Origin: Lentisphaeria bacterium
GTDB taxonomy: Bacteria > Verrucomicrobiota > Lentisphaeria > JABSQK01 > JAWLHB01
Reading direction: 5' to 3'
DNA: 64,000 bases
NCBI GenBank assembly: GCA_041690595.1
Contig: JAWLHB010000046.1
Coordinates: forward strand, 1 to 64,000
The position numbers and the translations under genes are program-made. Position 1 is the stretch's first letter. Every line of letters starts with the position of its first letter. Shown here in pieces: positions 59,322-64,000 of the stretch. The notes beneath the pieces were generated by a model. The model did not search any database. It was given only the letters and a program-made list of their open reading frames with translations, and was not told the DNA's origin.

Positions 59322-61631
59322 ATGCTTCTGCGTCTTATCCCCCTCCTTCTCTTTGTCGCCTGCGGCTCCCTGAGTGCCGCTCCATTGAGAATCGCCGAGA
59401 ATGGAGAACCGAGGGTCTCCGTTGTGGTTGACCAGGCCGCTCTCGACCTCGACCTCAAGCAGCGCAATCCCGACGCGGAGCTGCTGATGCTGCGCTGGGC
59501 CGCCGATGACCTTGGCGAGTATCTCTCGCGCATCACAGGCGGCCAGGTCACGGTGGCGGCCGCGCCCGTTGAGGGCAGGATCCCCATCCATGTCGGCAAT
59601 GCGCCCGAGGAAGTCGCGCTCGGCGTGTCGAGCGAGTTCGGGGACGCCTGGGCACTGAGCATCACACCTGCTCGCATCGCTCTGGCCGGTGAATCCTCCC
59701 GAGCCGTCTATTATGCCGCCGCGCGATTCCTGCACGACTGTGGCGTCCGCTGGTACTCACCCGATTCCCTCGGTGAGATCGTGCCGTCCAAACCCGATCT
59801 CACCGTGGAGACTGGTCACCTTGAAGCCACTCCCAGCTTTCACACCCGCGGCTTGTGGGCTGACCGGCGATGGGCTTTGCGCAACGGGCTCGGCGGCCCG
59901 CAGATGGCCCAGGGACACGCCTTCGCCTCCTTCATGAGCAAGTTCAACGTTGACGAACACCCCGACTACTTCCCCATCATCAACGGCAAGGTCGTCAAGT
60001 ACCAGGCCAACCTCTCCAACCCCGAAGTCGTCAAGCTCTTTGTCGACGGTCTTCGCGAGCGGTTGCGGAAGGGAACCAACTGGGCTGGAAACGGCGTCGC
60101 TATCGGCCCCGATGACGGCGCACTCCTCGACGAACGCCCCGAATCCATCGCCATGGACAGCGGCCGCATCGACCCCTTTCTTCAGGTCCGCTCCGGCACC
60201 GACCGCTTCATCTCCTTCTGTAATCAGGTCGCGGGTGAGCTCGAAGCGGAGTTCCCGGAGGCTTATTTTGGCTTCTACGTCTACTCGAACCACAATCTCG
60301 CGCCCCAGACGGTGAAGCCGCACCGCCTGCTCTTCCCCATCGTCGCTCCCATCACCTACAATCGCTTTACCAGCATCGGCAATCCCATCGCCCCCACCTC
60401 CCCCTATCTCGAGGAGGTCATCAGGGCGTGGGTGGAGGTATCGCCGCGCATCGGCTGCTATCTCTACAACTTCAACCTCGCCGATACCGCCATGCCCTTT
60501 ACCCGTACCCTCGCCTGGCGCCTGACCTTCCCCAGGCTCCATCAGTGGGGACTACGCTACGCCACCATCGAGTCCATGGACGACAACTGGCACTTCCAGA
60601 TCCCCGGCAACTACATCCTCAGCCGCATACTCTGGGACGTGACTACCGATGTCGATGCCCTTCTGGACGATTTCTATCCCACCTTCTATGGCCCGGCCGC
60701 CGCCCCCATGCGCCGCTACAACGAGGTGCTGGAAAACGCCTATGAGACAACGACCGCCTACGCCGGCAGCATCTGGTCCATCCACCGCATCCTCCATCCC
60801 GACGTGATGCAGGCCCTCCACGCCGCCCTGGCGGACGCCGAGGCAGCCGTCGTCGGCCAGGATCCCTACGCCCAGCGGGTGCGGATCACCCGCCACAGCC
60901 TCACCTTCGCCGATACCTGGCTCGCCGCCCGCGCCGCCTTCAACGAGGGGCGCCTCGCCGACGCTGCTGCCCAGGCCGCTGCCTTCAAGGCCAACTACGA
61001 TGCCGGTAGCGCTGCTTACCCCCGCTACATCGGCAAGCGGGCCTGGGGCTACTTTCGCGGCTACTTCAACGCTGCCTTCGAAGAGGCCGGCCGCCTTGCT
61101 CGCGAGAGCCGCATCATCGGCGCCTTCCCTGACAAATGGAAGGGCTTCATCGACAAGGACGGTGTCGGCGTGGCCGACGCCTTCTGGCATCCCGACCGCG
61201 ATACCTCCAGCTGGATCACCCTGCGCACCCACACCGTCAGCCTCGACGAACAGGGCTTTCCCTTCTATCGCGGCGCCATCTGGTATCGCACTACCTTCGA
61301 GCTGCCCGAAGCCGAGCGCGACACCAGCCAGCTCCGCATCTGGATCGGCGGAATCGACGACTCCGCTCGCGTCTGGCTCAACGGGCAGGATCTGGGAAGC
61401 TACGGCCGCGGCAACTTCCCGCCGGTCGACGTCGACATCAGTGCTGCCGTCAACCGCGAGGGCACCAACACTCTCGCGATCATGGTGACCAATCATGGCA
61501 TCACCGAGCTTGGTACCGGCGGCATCATGCGTCCCGTATTCCTCCACGCCCCCTACGCTGAAGGCGAAGCCCCGCCCGACGCCATTCAGCAGGATCGCCC
61601 CCGCCCGCTCTTCGGCGGCGACATCGAGTAG
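59322..61631 (+). CDS. DUF4838-like secreted protein with C-terminal GH2-type sugar-binding domain
   Basis: AADDLGEYLSRITG..GVRWYSP..GEIVP..HPDYF..YGPAAAPM; tail GAIWYRTTF..GGIDDSARVWLNG..GGIMRPV. Confidence 0.75.
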   Translation: MLLRLIPLLLFVACGSLSAAPLRIAENGEPRVSVVVDQAALDLDLKQRNPDAELLMLRWAADDLGEYLSRITGGQVTVAAAPVEGRIPIHVGNAPEEVALGVSSEFGDAWALSITPARIALAGESSRAVYYAAARFLHDCGVRWYSPDSLGEIVPSKPDLTVETGHLEATPSFHTRGLWADRRWALRNGLGGPQMAQGHAFASFMSKFNVDEHPDYFPIINGKVVKYQANLSNPEVVKLFVDGLRERLRKGTNWAGNGVAIGPDDGALLDERPESIAMDSGRIDPFLQVRSGTDRFISFCNQVAGELEAEFPEAYFGFYVYSNHNLAPQTVKPHRLLFPIVAPITYNRFTSIGNPIAPTSPYLEEVIRAWVEVSPRIGCYLYNFNLADTAMPFTRTLAWRLTFPRLHQWGLRYATIESMDDNWHFQIPGNYILSRILWDVTTDVDALLDDFYPTFYGPAAAPMRRYNEVLENAYETTTAYAGSIWSIHRILHPDVMQALHAALADAEAAVVGQDPYAQRVRITRHSLTFADTWLAARAAFNEGRLADAAAQAAAFKANYDAGSAAYPRYIGKRAWGYFRGYFNAAFEEAGRLARESRIIGAFPDKWKGFIDKDGVGVADAFWHPDRDTSSWITLRTHTVSLDEQGFPFYRGAIWYRTTFELPEAERDTSQLRIWIGGIDDSARVWLNGQDLGSYGRGNFPPVDVDISAAVNREGTNTLAIMVTNHGITELGTGGIMRPVFLHAPYAEGEAPPDAIQQDRPRPLFGGDIE

Positions 61632-61700
61632 CCCCTCCCATGGGGCTGGAACCACCGTGAAGGAGCGCGGGCAAAGGGAGCGCAAAGGGAGCAGGGACGG

Positions 61701-61728
61701 TTGCACTTCAGAGGAATCGGGGTATCTT
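61701..61728 (+). promoter_or_regulatory. Candidate promoter for grpE-dnaJ
   Basis: TTGCAC-N16-TATCTT. Confidence 0.4.
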
Positions 61729-61891
61729 TACCACTTGCCATTTTTCATAAATCGATCAGCCGGTAAGTACCGGCCGCACAGCACGCAGCCGCGGGAATGA
61801 CGATCGCGGCTGTCAAGGCGGCACCCGAAGCCGCGGTGTGCGCTTGCCCATAGAACCTCAGGTAGACTTGCAACAGGAGCTTTCCAGCGCC

Positions 61892-62500
61892 ATGAGCGAC
61901 AAGAAAGAGTCCAACTTGAACCAGCCGGAAGAATCGGCCGCGGAAGACCAGACGCGCGAACTGGACCTTGCGGAGAATGACGAGGAACTGATTCTCGATG
62001 CCGATGAGACGGCTGAAGCTCCCGAAAATGAAATCGCCAGACTGCAGAATGACTTGGCCGACGCGCGTGACAAGATCCTGCGCGCCCGAGCCGAATTCGA
62101 CAATTATCGCAAACGCATGCAGCGCGATATCGCCGATGCGCGTACCGCCGCCCGGATCGGCACCATCGAGGATATCCTGCCCGTTGTCGATCACTTCCAG
62201 ATGGCCATGAACCATGCCAACGAAAAGGGCGACTATGCCACTCTCAAGCAGGGCATGGACATGATCCTCATGGAGCTCGAACGCGTCTTCGAGAACCTCG
62301 GCATCGAAAAAATCCCGACCGTCGGCGAGACCTTTGATCCCAACCTGCACGAAGCCATCTCCACGCAGCCATCCGAGGAAGCCGCCGAGGGCGTCATCCT
62401 GAGCGAATGGAAAAGCGGCTATCGCCTCGGCGACCGCGTTCTGCGGGCACCAAGTGTGGTCGTCAGCAGCGGCCCCGCCCAGGAGACGGAGAACGACTAG
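61892..62500 (+). CDS. grpE: Nucleotide exchange factor GrpE
   Basis: RARAEFDNYRKR, LPVVDHF, FDPNLHEA, GYRLGDRVLRAPSVVVS. Confidence 0.95.
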   Translation: MSDKKESNLNQPEESAAEDQTRELDLAENDEELILDADETAEAPENEIARLQNDLADARDKILRARAEFDNYRKRMQRDIADARTAARIGTIEDILPVVDHFQMAMNHANEKGDYATLKQGMDMILMELERVFENLGIEKIPTVGETFDPNLHEAISTQPSEEAAEGVILSEWKSGYRLGDRVLRAPSVVVSSGPAQETEND

Positions 62501-62524
62501 CCCCCAAGTCCCCCTTATATAACT

Positions 62525-63673
62525 ATGGCGACAGATTTTTACGAGGCTCTCGGCGTGGCACGAAACGCCAGCGCTGACGACATCAAGAAGGCGTACCGCA
62601 AGCAGGCGCTTAAGTACCACCCCGACCGCAATCCGGGCGACCACGCGGCCGAAGACAAGTTCAAGGAAGTCTCGCAGGCGTACGAAGTCCTTCGCGACGG
62701 CGAGAAGCGCCAGATGTACGATCAGGTCGGCCATGATGCCTTCATGAGGGCAGGGCGTGGCGCCCAGAACGGTCAAGGCGGCTTCGGCGGCGACCCCTTC
62801 GATATTCTCAGCCAGGTCTTCGGCATGGACGATCTCTTCGGCGGTCGGCGCCGTGGCGGCGGTCGCTCCGCCAGTCGTCCAGGCTCGGATCTGCGCTACC
62901 AGATGGTGCTCGATTTCGAAGAGGCCGTCTTCGGCACCGAGAAAGAAATCGAGTTCGACAAACCGGACCATTGCGATGTCTGCAAAGGGCAGGGGACCGA
63001 ACCGGGCACCAGCCGGCGCACCTGCCCGACCTGCGGCGGCAGCGGCATGATCTCCCTCTCCCAAGGCTTCTTCAATCTCCGCCAGGAGTGCTCCTCCTGT
63101 TCGGGCACTGGCGAGATCGTCGAGAAGCCGTGCCGAAACTGTCAGGGGCAGGGGCGCGTGCGCAAGCACACCAAGCTGCGCATCCGGGTTCCGGCCGGTG
63201 TCGATACCGGCATGCAGCGCCGGGTCTCCGGCGAAGGCGAAGCCGGCGCTCGCGGCGGTCCGAACGGCGACCTCTACATCGCCTTCAACGTGCGTGAGCA
63301 TGATGTCTTCAAGCGCGAAGGCACCGACGTCATGATCGATGTGCCCATCGACTTTCCGACGGCCGCACTCGGTGGCGTCATCGAGGTGCCCACCCTGCAC
63401 GGTCCAGAGGAGCTGAAGATACCCGCCGGCACCCAGAGCGGCTCCGTCTTCCATCTGCGCGGCAAGGGCATACCTTCCGTGCACCGCGGGGAACGCCAGG
63501 GCGACCAGCACGTACGTGTCGTTGTCGAAGTGCCACGCAACCTCAATCGCGAGCAGAAAGAGAAGCTCCGCGAGTTTGCGGAATGCTGCAACAACAGCAG
63601 TGTCAATCCCCTCATGGAGTCGTTTCTCGACAAGGTGAAGAACCTCTTCAAGAGCAGCGACCAGAAGAACTGA
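62525..63673 (+). CDS. dnaJ: Molecular chaperone DnaJ
   Basis: J domain with HPD, G/F-rich region, four CxxCxGxG repeats. Confidence 0.97.
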   Translation: MATDFYEALGVARNASADDIKKAYRKQALKYHPDRNPGDHAAEDKFKEVSQAYEVLRDGEKRQMYDQVGHDAFMRAGRGAQNGQGGFGGDPFDILSQVFGMDDLFGGRRRGGGRSASRPGSDLRYQMVLDFEEAVFGTEKEIEFDKPDHCDVCKGQGTEPGTSRRTCPTCGGSGMISLSQGFFNLRQECSSCSGTGEIVEKPCRNCQGQGRVRKHTKLRIRVPAGVDTGMQRRVSGEGEAGARGGPNGDLYIAFNVREHDVFKREGTDVMIDVPIDFPTAALGGVIEVPTLHGPEELKIPAGTQSGSVFHLRGKGIPSVHRGERQGDQHVRVVVEVPRNLNREQKEKLREFAECCNNSSVNPLMESFLDKVKNLFKSSDQKN

Positions 63674-63706
63674 TCCGCGCAATAGCCCAACCACGAAAGG
63701 GACGCC

Positions 63707-64000
63707 ATGGCCAAGACTTATCTCGTCACCGGCGGCGCCGGTTTCATCGGTTCACACCTTGTCGAAGCCCTGGTCGAGCGGGGCGATGAGGTCATCGTCT
63801 ACGACAACCTTTCCTCGGGTTACGAACGCAACCTGGCCCCCTTCCGCGACCGGATCCGCTTCATCCAGGCGGATGTGCGGGATGAGGCCGCCCTGGCCAA
63901 AGCAATGGCCAGCGTCGATTTCGTCTTCCACGAGGCAGCCCTGGTTTCTGTTTTCGATTCTGTCGAACGGCCACTCGACAACCATGCCATCAACCTGACA
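63707..64000 (+). CDS. NAD-dependent epimerase/dehydratase (extended SDR), partial
   Basis: MAKTYLVTGGAGFIGSHLVEAL..YDNLSSG..VFHEAA; runs off the window edge. Confidence 0.9.
   Translation, partial: MAKTYLVTGGAGFIGSHLVEALVERGDEVIVYDNLSSGYERNLAPFRDRIRFIQADVRDEAALAKAMASVDFVFHEAALVSVFDSVERPLDNHAINLT

Overview
High-GC bacterial chromosomal window. Gene content (prepilin/H-X9-DG 'DUF1559-like' proteins, sulfatase, DUF4838-like protein, eukaryote-type UDP-sugar pyrophosphorylase, CcsB-CcsA fusion) suggests the PVC superphylum, possibly Lentisphaerota; this is an inference. The housekeeping backbone includes kdgK-like kinase, tRNA-Leu(TAA), trpB2, arsC, phosphomannomutase, tadA, metY, hemA, grpE and dnaJ. 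Accessory parts: (i) a RAYT/Y1 HUH transposase running off the left edge (missed by the ORF track) with a 29-bp GTACCTGTCCCC tandem array upstream; (ii) an N6-MTase plus PD-(D/E)xK-like nuclease pair just downstream of the tRNA; (iii) two repeat-rich accessory intervals (about 6.9-9.0 kb and 33.6-37.2 kb) that share a ~240-bp composite REP-like element, 8-9-bp-periodic motifs and a low-GC gene for a membrane-anchored pilin-head-like protein. The second interval also has phased TCGA arrays and a four-helix-bundle gene, and two adjacent genes there are each broken at a probable Trp codon; (iv) a tandem pair of 580-aa proteins with a near-identical core and divergent pilin-like heads, at the start of a minimal pseudopilin + two GspF/PilC operon; (v) a PUL-like cluster of large secreted proteins around a prepilin gene. 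No CRISPR array, rRNA, integrase or reverse transcriptase was seen. All calls come from reading motifs by eye; no searches were run.
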